From assembly GCA_034780895.1 (NCBI GenBank), contig JAUZTB010000017.1, positions 16,660,183 through 16,724,182 of the forward strand: a DNA stretch of 64,000 nt, written 5' to 3'. This document shows positions 1-13,928 of the stretch, piece after piece. Position numbers and translations under genes: made by a program. A model generated the notes under the pieces. The model was not told where the DNA came from, ran no database searches, and saw nothing but the letters and a program-made list of their open reading frames with translations. Numbering within the stretch: position 1 is the stretch's first letter; every line of letters starts with the position of its first letter. The stretch is from Rhynchobatus australiae (taxonomy: Eukaryota).

Positions 1-1230
1 GGTTGGTGGAAGGAAACAAATGCTGAACAAGCTTAGCTTGCCCAACTAGCAAAATAAATGAGATACTCAAAATACTTTTATTAAAATACAACCCATCTAA
101 ATGGACAAATTAAACATGAATGCATGAAACATGAACTGAAATGAGTATTTAACTAAAAGTTTGAAGTCTTAATGATGACAGAACAATTTAAACAGGAACG
201 TGGGTAGAAAGTTCAGCCTCTAAACATCCTCTCCCTTGCCAGCATTATTTTGTTGCTGGCAGCACTGTTCTGTGAGATGAGCAGTCCCAGGCCGGACATT
301 CCAATGGAGTCCAGTGATTCAGATGCCTTAGTCTTGCATTCTTTTTTCTTTCTGTCATCCTCCAAGGCCACACAAACTTGCATTTATATAGCATGGCTGA
401 ATATTTACATCAATACTTTTTGCCCAGTCCCAATTTCCTTTGATTAACCTAGTACACTAAATTATATTATTCACAACCTCCAACATGTTCAACAACTGAA
501 AGAACATCATACCTTGGTTACAAATGGTCAGTTATGATTGTTCAAATAGCCTTTACTACACAGACTTTCAACCTTTCCAGTCTGGATAGTTCAGGTACCA
601 ACTGAACCATTGAGGGAGTCCAGATTTTCATTTCCATCCTTGGACAACAGATTTATATTTTCCAAGTAGAAGATGGGTCATGAAGATAACTCCCATATTA
701 TGTCAAACAATGTAAAATTTCTTCTAACACTATAACACAACTGCTATTTATAAATCAAACAAAATCTTTTGGACCATAGTCAATCATTTACAAAAAACCC
801 ACAAAGTAACAAAATTAGATTCCCAACCTCCTAAAAAAATAGATTAATTGCTACAACTGTGTACAGTTAACTGTTTGAGCTGTTTGGAAGATAAAGAACT
901 CATTCCCCTCCATTTGTTGCAAAGTTAATCTTGGCAAAATTAAAAGAAAGGGCATGCTGTTTTACATCAAGCAATGGCAGCAATTTCTTTATAGAAGTTC
1001 CTTGCTGTGCAAAACTGCCCCAATGCTATTCTTAATGCCAGGTAAAGATTGCTACTCCAAATATAATTACTTCCTACAAATGTTAAGTGCATTAAAACAT
1101 TCATTTCTCTCAAAGGTTATAAAATGTTCAAAAAAGTTTATAAAACTACAATTATTTCATACCTGAAAACTCAGTTTGTGTTTTCTAATTCATTCCATTT
1201 CATAATTAGAATCTGGAAAGGTTGGTTGCC

Positions 1231-1388
1231 TTATGAGTGGACAAGGCTGAGGGGAGATCTAACAGAAGTATACAAGATTATGAAGGGCACAGATAAGGTA
1301 GACAGTAGAAAAGCTTTCCCTGTTGCTGAGATACTTACAACTAAAGGGGATGATTTAAGGGTAAGGTACAAGAGGTTCAGAGGAAATC
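1231..1388 (+). mobile_element. CR1-clade LINE ORF2 C-terminal fragment
   Basis: Translates RLRGDLTEVYKIMKGTDKVDSRKAFP...TKGDDLRVRYKRF, matching the CR1 RRLRGDLIEVYKIM motif. Confidence 0.85.
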
Positions 1389-1519
1389 CAATTCAGAATT
1401 CCAACACTCCTGAACCCCATCACCCCCAAGAGAGCAGTTGGAATCTGTAACAGTGCCCTATGCGCCATACCCTTCCACTCCCTTTCCTTTCTAACACCCA
1501 CCATACTATGGCAACACAC

Positions 1520-1890
1520 ACTATAGCACTTTTAACATAGAAGTGCTTCACAGGAGCACTAAAAAAAACTGACATTGAAACTAAAAGGAGATGGTAATAT
1601 GACGCATCATGAGACGTGTAATTAAAGATATTTGTTTTTTTAAAAAACAGTGAAACAGAGGTCTGAGAATGGAACAAAGGAAATGTTGATGTAGAGAGCT
1701 CTAGGAGCACAGTTCTTGGTTGAAGAAAGATATAGAGATATGGATCATCAAGAAATCGAATAGGAAATTGAGATTTCCAAGATTGAGATTGCTAAACCAG
1801 TCTTGGCACTGGATTGATAACGGAACNNNNNNNNNNGGATTTGAACGCTTGTTTCTTAGACTGTGTTTTGGATGAGCTTAAAATTTAGTG
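1520..1890 (-). mobile_element. Decayed L2-type LINE 3' end
   Basis: ctatagcacttttaacatag..aagtgcttcacagga resembles the reverse complement of the L2-type tail also seen at 58308-58366. Confidence 0.4.
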
Positions 1891-4881
1891 AGAGAATGTG
1901 GAAGATGATTAACAGTAGACTTGCTAAATTGCCAAAACCAACACAAAGGGAATCTGCCCCATGTGTTCAGGTTCATCTGGAAGTCTGACAAAAAAAATCT
2001 GGTTATCTGGTGCAGATGAAATTCCAGGGAAGTAGCAAGGGCACGCTGCATTTTCAATGCCAAACCTCCTTAACATTCCCCATACAAATCAAAAGCTGGC
2101 AAAAGGTCATGCAAGATTAAAAAAAAGTAGCTTCTTAGTTGTGGGGAGATGGCCCAGAGTACAATCCTGAAATTCAAACCAACAGCCAATCCTCATGTAA
2201 AACTGCTTCTGATGTCACTGGATGTCAAAGTCAAGATAATTTATATCTAGGAGTTGAACGCTTGTTTCAATCAGTTAAAAAACTTATTTAAAAATCCTTA
2301 AAGGTCTAACTGAAAGATAGGTTTTCTTTTGCACCAATGAACCTCATGTCAGCAATGTGTCAACCAGTTCAATCATTTGACTTTATAAGTGTCACACTGA
2401 CTTTCAGAATGCTTATATGAATCCGGACTAATCCAGGCCAACTTTGGGATGCACAGGTCAGAAATGTAGAAGTGAGGGAAGTGGAAAACTAGTACTAGAA
2501 AGTAAAAAGCCCAGAAGTGAAGATTTTGTCATGAGAAAAAGGTTAAAGCCTAAACTCACCTGTAATTAATTTGACAATTTTTGATTTGGTTGTGCTTTAA
2601 ACAGAGTGGAAGTCAATGCACCTCAACTGAAATTCTTACCCAAAAATACTCAAGTTTACTGAACACCAAAAACAAAGTTGAGAACACACCTTGGAACTAA
2701 ACCAAAAACATTACATTAGCAGCACCAACAATGGCACAACATCAAGAGAAAACTGGCTTACAAAGCTCATCAGCCAGGGGTCAGATCTGTGATACCATAT
2801 TTCTGTGACGCTCTGCATGTCTACTAAGGAAAGTGAATTGATGTTTTTTCTCATTTCTAAAAGCAAAAATTTCCAAACTTGCAAGGTCTTCCACTATAGC
2901 TCCATCTTCCTGCACTCTTGATAAATCATAACTATAAGTGGCATGAGCTGTTCTATTGCTTAAGCAATTTCATTTCAATCACATTCTTAAAATAATGCTA
3001 TTAACTGGCTCATTAGCTTGATTACCCACCTCATCCAGCTGTTTTAATTGTGCTCAGTTTAATAACCAGTTACATGTAACAACTAAAATTTAAAGATTTT
3101 AGTAATTTTTTCTATATTTACCTTTCTTAGATATATCTGACTTCTGATCAATAAAAAAAGAGCACAGGCTTTCTTAATTACAAGTACATGAATAGTTATT
3201 AACTGCACAGCATGGTGTACCTTGACAGTCCTGTATACCACAGGAGTGCGACCCCTGGCACTAGCATTGTGTATTAGTTTTACAGCTTGGCTGAATGTTG
3301 TTGCTTCTGAGCCATTATGGTTGCTGAGCCAAGTAGGCAGTACTAAAATAAAACACCTGAAGTACTGCCAGAAAGCACAGTCATGATATAAACTCATCAA
3401 AACAGTAAGGCAACAATTCAGACAGAGAACTTGCAATCAATGGAAAATTAGAAAATTAAAAACACATTACTGATACCAAGACCATTTTCATTTGAAAGGT
3501 ACCATTATCATAGCTACAGTTGAGGTGCATTGCTCAATAGTCTTATTCTATTGCACTAACCCTAAATCCATCAATTACTGACATTTTTATTGTCACACTT
3601 TATTCTGATGCTTCAAGCCAAGAAATTTGTAATTCCACCCTTTCAGTTTGCCCTTTTATGCATAACTTTAGGATTACAGGAGCTTTACAAGGGAGGTTAA
3701 ACTAGATTGCAAGGCTGTTTAACATGACTGGGTTAGTCAACAGTGAACAGCTATACAGTTCCACTAACACTGATCAATCTCTAAGGATGATGAATTAAAG
3801 AATGATTTATATATGTACATTTCAGCAGCACCTTATCAGGGTTGTTTAACTTCCTACCCTTGACTCAGCAAATCACTGTGGTAACATTTACAACAGGGAG
3901 TTTGAATATTTGAAAAGATATGAACAAGCTTGTGCCTGGATCTTTCAACATAATTTCAGATTTCCAAGTAAATTGCTTTTGTCATTATCCTCACAGCCAT
4001 TTAACACTGTATCAATACACAACTGTTAGCATTAACATTTTGTTGGGCATAATCCAAGATGTTGATGCTAACAGCATAAATTTCTATTTTTGATACTCTT
4101 TTACAAGGTGGGGGTGACATGGATGGAGTAATAGTTTTAACATCAGCTTCTCACAAAATGCTACTTTGTGATTTTGAGAAGTCCCACACTACGTGGTGAA
4201 CTCAAGTATTGAAAACATTTCCAACCTCAGTCAATTAATGAAAAAACATCTGGCATTCAGACAAGACATTAGTGTTCAGAGAGAGGTGTTTAGAATTTTG
4301 AGAAAAACAAGTTGCCATGTTACTTGATTGCAAATGATGGATATGAAANNNNNNNNNNCTCCTTAATGTCTATAGCAAAATTATAAATGCATTCTGATTT
4401 TGTTTTGAACATAAGCATTCTAAACACCCATAGAAGGATAGTCAGTAATGCATGTTCAGGGCTCAATGAATTTGGAATTGGAGTGTTTGTATTACAGATG
4501 AAGTGAACATATCAGAGACATACAAGTGTGTTTGCCTTAACAAATTATTTCCATTTTCTAATAGTTTGCACTGGAACAGTATTCAATTTAAACTATCTGC
4601 TAAGTTCAAAAATGATGCTTCACATATAGAAATGCAAAATGGCAAGCAATTTTCAAACTGATTCCATGCGAAGCTCCAAATATCATTGTACTGCAAACAA
4701 AATGTATATTATAGATCTGGCTCATGTAATGGAAGCCTTTCATTGCCTTACAGGTAAGTGTTTTTAATCATTTAGATAGGAGCAAGTACCCTTTAGTGCT
4801 AGTAGAATAATCATAAGTGAAACTAGTTTTTCTTCAGAAAGTATACCTACTTTTCACATCACCAGCAACAATTTTTTTTAA

Positions 4882-4927
4882 TAGTGTGTGTTTACCTTTC
4901 ATGGTAGTGTGTGTTTACCTTTCATGG
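4882..4927. repeat. Perfect 23-bp tandem duplication
   Basis: tagtgtgtgtttacctttcatgg occurs at 4882-4904 and 4905-4927. Confidence 0.95.
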
Positions 4928-5462
4928 CATTTCCTGAAGTTTGGTCAGTCACAAAGAATAGTTCACANNNNNNNNNNNNNNNNNNNNNNNNNNNNNNNNN
5001 GCATTTCACCAATAATGAACAGCCATCAATTTATCCTGCCCTATTAGGGAGAAAAGTTTCTTGCCAAATAAGTAACACGAAAAAAAATTGATTTACTTTC
5101 ACTGAAGATGTGCAAATGAACCAACAATGCACCAAAATAGTATGAACAAGAGGGGAGAGGCAAAAAAAACACATGCACAATAGAGGTGACCAGATAGCTA
5201 TCACACGGCTGCTTCCAACCTATTAAGATTCCATAACCAACTTNNNNNNNNNNATCTGGGGTGGTCACAGAATAACTTATAGTGCACTGTCCAGTGTGTC
5301 ACTGGAGCAGAGCGAAAAAGCCTTGCTCAGCATTCACTCATGCTCGTGAATATAGAGCAGCAAACCCGCAGGAGAAAACATCAAGGACTTGCACAACTCC
5401 ATTGCTATATTTGCACCATTATCATTCTAATGCAGGTCCCAGGAGAGTAATGTCCATGAGCT

Positions 5463-5599
5463 AGCTCCTGGCATTTATCCCTGATAAATCTGCTCCCTTA
5501 TCACAGCAACAAACTCACAGGCCCACAGAAAAATATCAGGGTCTACAAATCTGCTATTGGGATAAGAGCCACACTTAGCAGGATAAATGCCAAGAGTTG
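5463..5599. repeat. Imperfect ~135-bp foldback (decayed MITE-like inverted repeat)
   Basis: tggcatttatcc (5469-5480) is the exact reverse complement of ggataaatgcca (5581-5592). Similarity extends imperfectly about 45-50 bp into each arm. Confidence 0.6.
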
Positions 5600-7128
5600 A
5601 TGCGCGGACCATGCTTCCAAATATCACATTACAAGTGACCAGTATAAAATAATAATGCAGCTCCAGCAGCAACATTTTTACTTTGAAGTTATGTTTCTCG
5701 GCTGTTTCCAAATTGGATTGGAGAAGACAACAAAAATCACAAGAACATGGCTCCTGGGTAAACTTATTTTGTATGATAATACCCACCAATTTTACACAAC
5801 TTGTGTATGAGCACAGAGGTTTGAGAGACAGTTTTTTTAAAAATCAAGATTTGTCACGTCTTGAGGATTTGTTTTATTTCACTGCGATTGTGAATACTGG
5901 AGCCAATATCACAAACAGAGGGTCACAGGAGAAAAGTTAGCCTGCAACATTTCTAAAAGAAGAATAATAGCCAACATAACTTCCTGCACTTCAGAGGCAT
6001 CCATTTCATATGACTAACTGGTAACCCATGTTCTACCAACATTGAGCTCTTTTTCAGAGGCTTCTTAAATGATCCACACCTTAAGATTTCTCTGCAAAAG
6101 GAGAAACTAGAGATGTAACTGCACTTCAGTTCCAAAAAATAATGAGTGGCAGACCTTTTCAAGAAGGTCCACATTTGCCCCTCTTGGTAAAGAGCTGGAA
6201 GCAGATCTCATTGATATTCATTAGTTTCAGGATCACACACTATGATCCAGGTTTTGCAGAGTGTTATTGCAACAGCACTTGCTGCTAACATCATAGAGAA
6301 CTGCACACAGAGATCTAATGAACTCTGCAGCATGAATTTCCCCTTTTCCAAGGCTGATGGCTGAGAGCCACTAGTTTAAGGGGATACCTGGCATCCAGCA
6401 ACAGTGATGTCATCAAGCAGGTTTAGCAGCCATTTACACTTAAGTATTCTTGCAGACAACAAAACAAGAAAGTAGAAAGCACAAATTTAAATAACAGTTT
6501 AAACAGTTTTCAAAACACAAAAGTATTCAGAAGAGATTATGGTAAAATATTACAAGTGGAGCTTCAAAAATATATTTTAAAAGCCAATGAGTACAAAAAT
6601 ATTCATCTGAGGGAATGAGCTTCCACATACAGAAAATCAACTTTTAGGGCCAGAGGTGTTGCTAAACATACACACCTTTAGAAATTTGTATACACCTCTG
6701 GCAGCAAGGCACAATATTTTTAAAAAGGATTTTATTACAAAGTCACATTGCAAATTCCATCAATAGGTGTCTGATCATTGATTTTTGAAGATGATGCTGG
6801 AGAAACCTGCAAAACAGGGCACCTTGCGGAGTAGGGAAATCGCTAACTGCATCTATGGATTTCCCTTTTTAACAGATTGATCCTCCAAAAGTTACAGTCA
6901 TTTACACAGTGTAATGACGGTGAACACTGACCCTAAAAGTCAGGCCATAAATGCATCACTGATCCCTTGTGCACCAAAGCCCAAGGTACACTTCAACAGT
7001 AATAGGCCCACTTCACATGACTTATTCAACATCACTTCAATTTTTGTTAATTGCTACTTTGTTTAAGTAAACATTAAGTTCCAAATGATCCCACTGAAGC
7101 AAAGAAAAGGTATCTAGCCACTACTTAC

Positions 7129-7230
7129 AACAATGTGTGCTGGAGATGGGGACCTAGCATCCTTGAGTCCTTGCCTACCCTGTAGGCTCCCTGCCTGTAC
7201 ATCAATCAATGGCCATTTCATCTGCAGGTA
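7129..7230 (-). CDS. tcf7l2: Internal coding exon (102 bp, phase 0/0) of transcription factor 7-like 2 (TCF7L2); equivalent to human exon 5 (exon 4 in older numbering)
   Basis: Minus strand reads ttattctgtttcccatctccAG|TACCTGCAGATG...CACATTGTT|GTaagtag, with canonical acceptor and donor and 34 codons. Peptide YLQMKWPLIDVQAGSLQGRQGLKDARSPSPAHIV matches recalled human TCF7L2 YLQMKWPLLDVQAGSLQSRQALKDARSPSPAHIV at 31/34. The QAGSLQ segment distinguishes it from TCF7L1. It lies inside ORF 7114..7311(-). Confidence 0.96.
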
Positions 7231-10000
7231 CTGGAGATGGGAAACAGAATAAAGGAAAATGATTAAAATAAAATAAAACAAAAATCTATAAATACAAATG
7301 AACGCAAACATAAAATGAAAAAAATTAATGATGGTTTGTCTTAAACAAAACGTTTGCCATGATGGAGAATAATGTCCTTAGCATAGACCTGTATAATCGT
7401 TTTACCTTGGGCACACATTTGTACACTAAACATTTTCAGAGTACATTCACAGTGCAACATCAAAATTGAGTTAGATTGTGAATTAATGTCTACTTTCAAA
7501 TCAGCACCATACTCCTGCCTTTCGATCTTCACATTATTTCAAACAGGAGTGAAAAAATTTCCCTCATTCCCAATTCCCATCAATTCTACTGCATTAGCAC
7601 CTATTTATAATACCATGACTTGACCAAAATGTGTTTTTTTTTAAATACATAAAGAAAATCACACATTAGGAAGAGAATGGGAGTTAACAAGCAAAAATAA
7701 AATTTATGGCACTCTGTGTTGGGTTGGAAGGAGAATAGAAGATTTGATAAACTTTTAAAAGAAAAGATTCCAATAGATGAAGAGATGATTGAATTTCTGG
7801 CCAGCTGCATCTAAAAATATGCCAAGCTGTTTCTTAAAAATTACATAATTAAACTCTACCACATTTGTCATCAACACTCTGAAGAATAGCCCCATATAGC
7901 ATTGCATTAATATCAGCTATAATAATATCAATATTCTAACTAAAGCATTCATGTAAAAAGGCATATGTAAAAGTGGCAAATTTTGCTAATATTTAAAATA
8001 CCAACATTTTCCCCCTTACAAACTCATACAATAACAAAATTAATTCCACACCATTCTTGTTTTTCAAAGCAAACTGTCTACTGGCCTACAATAAGCACAC
8101 TTACAGGTCTTCAACAACAGACAAATCTGATGTNNNNNNNNNNNNNNNNNNNNNNNNNNNNNNNNNNNNNNNNNNNNNNNNNNNNNNNNNNNNNNNNNNN
8201 NNNNNNNNNNNNNNNNNNNNNNNNNNNNNNNNNNNNNNNNNNNNNNNNNNNNNNNNNNNNNNNNNNNNNNNNNNNNNNNNNNNNNNNNNNNNNNNNNNNN
8301 NNNNNNNNNNNNNNNNNNNNNNNNNNNNNNNNNNNNNNNNNNNNNNNNNNTACATTCTTCAGATATCATGGCTCTTAGTAAAGGGGCTCACCACCAATCT
8401 CAAAATAACAGGCCCCACAAAGACTTAGCAAGCATTGATTTCCTTTATTCCAATTTGAAGTTCAATCTGGAACCATCTGTACCATCCAGAAAGAGTGAAT
8501 ACACAAAGCAAGCCAAGCAGCCTATCAAAATGAAGAATTCTCAAAAAGACAGCAAACCAAGTACAGATAATAATTTGCAAAAGGTTAAGGACTGGTGAAT
8601 AAAGTTGGCATTATGGCGAAAGGTAAAAGGTAGCTAAAATATAAATTTGAAATAAATTAAAAATCAATAGAAATTTATCAGTGGAATGGAGAAAGTGTCT
8701 CTCCATACTTTTAAAATGAGCTTTAAAGTCAGAGCGGTTGTTCAGCAGTGATTATGATCAAGTGGGCCATGAAAAATCATGAACACCTCAGTCATTTTTT
8801 TTTAAAACTACTTTTTAAATCACAAGAATGGGTAAAAAAAAGTTGAAGGTCATATCAAATCACTGTTCCTGTGTGGATTCCATTTGCAAAGACGACAACA
8901 ATGCACAATGCAGAAGCAGGGTATAATGGACACCGACCTCACAATTTATGGCCATAATTGTACAAATACAGAAAGAGTGCTGTCACTTTATGAAAATAAT
9001 GAAATGTGTTGAATTTCATCATTTTTATATTAGCCAAATTTCAACTCATTCTCCCAATTGATATAAACTCCTTTTGGTGAAGGCCATGTTCCTTTTCACA
9101 TCTTTCAAAAAAAATACACACATTGGGTCACCCTTTCATTATAAATTATTCATCACTTTTTGATCTATAATCTTATTCACAAGGTGCTCTAGAACTTGAA
9201 ATGTTGATAAGAAAAACTTCATATTGTTGCTGAGTGGCCTGATAACAATAAGCAACAACAGCCTCAAGTCACTACAACAAAACTGTTTCAAATTTGAACA
9301 GTTGCAATCGAGTTTCAATCCTTAAAAGTTCGCTATTTATAAATACTCACACACAAGTGCACGCATACACAGAATTCTAGCAATTGAATGTGTAGCCTTT
9401 TACAATCTCAGTTGATATGCTTAAAGAGGAAGTCATATTAGAATCAGTTTTCTTTTAAAGTAGCAAAGATTTCTGATAAAGTTTTGTGTCTTTTTATTTT
9501 GTTACAGTCAATACCTTAGAGTTTGGTGGATATTTTAGTGGAGTGCTTCTGAGATAATGAGGAGTTATGGAGTCTGACAGTAGAGGACGGTGGAACTGAG
9601 TTCCACCAGTGTTTTGTGTATNNNNNNNNNNAATGAGCAAGCCCTCCAATAAATAACTTGACCTCTAATAATGGGTAACCCAAGTTCCTGTCCTTCCCCA
9701 AAATAAGTTTTGCCCATTTCTCAGCTTGCTGCCACAAGGAGACTTTGAGGCACAGTAATACAAATGCATCCAAAAGGAAAGTAGAAAGAGAGAAAGGAAT
9801 AGAAAACTACCTTGGCAGCATTAGCAGAGATCGATACAAGAACAATGGCATCAACCTGAAGGACTAAAAGGACAATCTCTCCACTGTAGATATTCTGCAC
9901 TGATTCATTTTAATTTAGATCACTGAATAACAATTTTTTTTAAAATGTGCATCACAAGCAAGACTATTTGCCTTCCACGTCTCACATGAGATTTCCCAAA

Positions 10001-10311
10001 GTAGAGCTGCTGCCTCATAGCTGCAGCGACCCAGGTTCAATCCTGACCTCTGATGTTGTCCGTGTGGAGTTTCTACGTTCCACTTGTGACCGTGTGGGTT
10101 TCTCCCAGGTGCTCTGGTTTCCTTCCGCATCATAGATGTGCTGGTTGTTAGGTTAATTGGCTACTGTGAATTACCCCATGTTTCAGTGGCTGGTAGGAGA
10201 ATCAGAACGAATTTGGTGGGCACGAGAGAGAGAATAGGTTACAGAGAAATAAATGAGGGAGTGGGATTGCTCCAAGTTGGCTTGGACCTGATGCCTGAAT
10301 GGCCTATTTCT
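10001..10311 (+). mobile_element. tRNA-derived V-SINE (HE1-like)
   Basis: Box B-like ggttcaatcc, V-domain gtgtggagttt...cgtgtgggtttctcccaggtgctctggtttcc, and CR1-like tail cctgaatggcctatttct. Confidence 0.9.
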
Positions 10312-13300
10312 TTGTTAAAAGGAAATACAAGAAAACAAGTTTATCCCATTACTTCTTGAATAGAAACTAATCCAGTATTATTTTTTCCCCAGTACTTCTC
10401 TAATTTAAAATGTATCTAAATGTGATTATACTGCATCTGTCCATGAGCTCTTTGCAACTTTGCTTTCAGTACTCTTGATTATCAGGATTTGCCATCTTGC
10501 ATCTAACATTCTTTTAACACTTCAGTGTAATTCTGTTCTCATTAATAAAATAGTCCTGGCCTTTACATAAAAAACATTTTCCAGAATTAAAATTTGAATG
10601 CAATACCATTCCTCACAATATAACATTCAATTTCATATTATTCCACCAGAATACTCAGTACACAAATGTTATTTTTTCATTCATTCATTTTTAACTTCTC
10701 AAAAGAAAAATATCACTGTGTAAAAGCATCAATTACCATTACCAAACAATTCTAAAATTAGCTGCATACAGTAGGGAGAATTCCAGTTTTCCTTGAGTTT
10801 AAATATTTAGTCTCTATTCATGCCAATTAATAGATCTTGCATGCATTGAATCCTTTACTTGATAAGTTGAGAGCTCCGCACACAAACACTTAAAATTTTA
10901 ACCCATCAACCCATGGATTTAAAACCCACATCTCACGAAAGAGACACCAGGCATTCCCTGCAATACTCTGCTGTTTGTTCATGCCAGGAGAAAAGAAGAC
11001 AGGAGCCATGAAACCTGCCACATCTTTACCCCTAACCTACAACACTATTACAAGTATCAATACAGACCAGACCCATTGTGGTTGGTTTCCTGGCCATATA
11101 TATTTTTGATATGCACCCATACAAACTGGCATTGGGCTCCATGTACAATTCCTCTGTTAACTGGGCCTCTTTAGGTCTGCCCCTTTGTTCTCTGTCTGGA
11201 AATATCTGCTCCACTCCATCACTACTACTCCTAAGGACTTTCAGATATTATCTCTATAACACCTTAATGGAGACCATATCAAAAGTAGAGGGCATCAATG
11301 GCTCTCAATATAACTTGAGGCACTGAAAGCTGGAAAGCTGTGCTTACAGGAGAATGAAAGTAGCATGAGAAATTGCAGTCCACAAATGACTCCTAACTAC
11401 ATAATATTAAATGTTACTCCTAGGTCTAAATCGCTGCAAAGTCAATTTACTCGAGTACAACATTTATGCTAAAAAGCAGCCAAAGTGTGCACATTTCAAA
11501 GTGGTTCAGCTCCAGTTTAAGGACACATAACTATCTTTTTCTAGAACAGTCATTATCAGTAAAACTATGAATAGCGTCAGCAAGTGAATCTGGTTCAAGT
11601 AAAAAGAGCTGGTATTCGTGCATTTTCCTACAAAGCAGCTTACAACAAACCAACCTTGGACTCTGGGCCCCTCTGTGACTGCAAAAGGAAACTTACCTTT
11701 CTAGGCTCACAATCTACATCCCCAATTTCCAGAACTGTGCTACGAATTCCTCCTAATAGGGAAGTAACAAGAAACAAGACAGCCAGGCAAGCCGGCATGC
11801 TGCATTTTTTAAACCATTATTAAGAATAATGGCAGAGATTCATCAGGGAGAAGTAATTTTGTGCATGGCTGCTTTCTGAAATGTCCCTGTAGCTGACCAC
11901 GATAGGCTTTCCAACTTTTGCCTTTACCAATTTTTAGTGAACACGTCTTGCCCTACAGGCCTCATGTCCTTGGCTGCCCAGGCTGTTCTACAATTAGTTG
12001 AGATGCTGCTCCTTGGGTGTACAGTTTTTCTGTTCTGCTATACCCTTGGCCCTGAACACCCAATCCCCCTATCCAAGACCACCACCACACCCAACGATAT
12101 GATTCAAATCATCACAACAGTTCACCTAAAGTCTATCCACACATTGGCACTCTGTGATCCAGCCATTCCGATTCCACCCAATTAGACGGGAGTACAACAG
12201 AAGCACAAATCAGAAGTTAAAATGTAAAGAATCCTGACAAATTAATCAAAGTTAAAAGAATTTACTGGGCATTTTTGTCACCAGGAACTATCAGGGTATG
12301 GCTTTGATATATTGAACACAAAGAGAAACACAGTAAAGCAGGACATCTTAGTGGTCTACTTACAATTTGGTAAGATAAAATGCTAGTGAGAGGCTTTAAT
12401 TTTGGAAACATTCATCCAAGCTATCAAAGAGTAAATGCATAAAAGGTTCCTTTGTTGCAGCATTATTTTTTTTAAAAAGAATGCAGCTAGGTCAATTTAA
12501 CAACTATTGAGTGCAGGATTTTCTAGCCAAGTTACTTATCAAGTGGATTTGTGCAGAGGAAACTGAGGGAAGATATGCCCTTAACTTGATACAGATCTGA
12601 ATTTACAATTTTGCATTTCAGTCAAATTGGTTAAAAAGTAAAACAAAAAGCAGAGCCAAAAATACTAGAGAAAAAAGACTTGCAGCAGAATTAAACATCC
12701 AATTAACATCTTGCAAGTTCCAAACCTGCTGATCTGCTCTTTTTTGGGTTTAACTTTATTACCAACGCAACTTATTTTTCCCTGTGTCTTTACCTGAACC
12801 ACATAATGTTTTATGTGTCTGCATTTAAGTGCTGCTAGTCTGCACAACATGTAATTTTCAATTACGTTAAGGCATAACAAGATCATTTCTTGTAGTGCCT
12901 TGTGAGTGCGAGGAAATGAGACTCAGCCCTACTGCAGAGAGAGAAAACCAGAACCAGATGGGCACAAGCAGTCCTACAGAGTTACATAGTAGTAACCACC
13001 CCACAAACAATTCACTCACACAATGGAAACAGACGCCAGATAATTGCTGAGGCCCCATGCTTTCTGCACATTGCACACAGCGTTAAATTCTAGACGAGGC
13101 AAGTTGAGGAGGAAGCACAGGTCAAGAGGTTTAATGACGAATTGCCATAAGCAGAAATATTTCTACACGATTTAAAACTAGGTTGCTTAATAGTACAGGT
13201 AGAAAAACTGGAATACAAGTTATCCATTATTCCTTAACTATGCCCTTAGTTGTCTCTCCAGTAAACTTAAAAATGGATAGCAATATACAAAAGTAATTTT

Positions 13301-13727
13301 TAAAACTACAATTCTAAAGTCCAAAATCATACAGAATAAAATATTATATCTACAATTACAATATTTTTTGAAAGCAAAAAAAATATTTAGTCAAGTTTTT
13401 GATTTATTTTGTTTCATTCCAAACCCAAAAAAATCCATGATTCACTTAATTAATATGTTTAAGCCTAAGATGCTGGCATCCAGGTCTTAGAGCAGAGATG
13501 AAGATTCCAGCCAAGCTCCCAGTATTGATGGTATTTCACCATCTCCTAGTCAAACTCTTTTCAGAGTAATCACATCATCCACCGTCAAGACTTACATTAT
13601 CTTTATCTTTCCAGGCNNNNNNNNNNNNNNNNNNNNNNNNNNNNNNNNNNNNNNNNNCCTATTTAACCAAGGAAAATGAGAATATCTAAGCCAGCTTCAA
13701 TATCTCAACATCACTTTGCACACTTCT

Positions 13728-13776
13728 CCTGACCTGCTGAACATTTCCAGTATTTTCTATATTTATTCCACATTTA
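13728..13776 (+). mobile_element. Penelope-like element terminal-repeat fragment
   Basis: cctgacctgctgaacatttccagtattttc is the same family as the arms at 15.2, 45.3 and 63.9 kb. Confidence 0.55.
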
Positions 13777-13869
13777 CCTACCAGTATGTAAACAAACACA
13801 TCACACAGTTTAGATTCATCTGCATAGCTCAATTTTCTACAACCCTTTCTGGTGTTTTAAGAAATGAAG

Positions 13870-13928
13870 TAGAACCATAGAACAATACAGCACAATGCAG
13901 GCCCTTCGGCCCACCGTGTTGTGCCACC
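13870..13928 (-). mobile_element. CR1/HE1 3' tail fragment
   Basis: tagaaccatagaacaatacagcacaatgcaggcccttcggccca is the reverse complement of the tail at 15860-15910. Confidence 0.8.

Larger units (their letters stand above)
1..7128 (-). other. tcf7l2: 5' part of the TCF7L2 intron following the 102-bp exon
   Basis: Starts at the GTAAGT donor (7128-7123). The next exon (SNKVPVVQ...) was not seen in the window. Confidence 0.8.

Noticed and set aside
1841-2268. 15-bp direct repeat ttgaacgcttgtttc as a possible TSD
   Set aside because: The first copy abuts an N gap within an L2-like remnant, and the enclosed sequence has no element hallmarks.
4736-4759. Recursive-splice-like motif cctttcattgccttacAG|GTAAGT
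   Set aside because: It is on the strand opposite TCF7L2, and there is no evidence for a plus-strand transcript.
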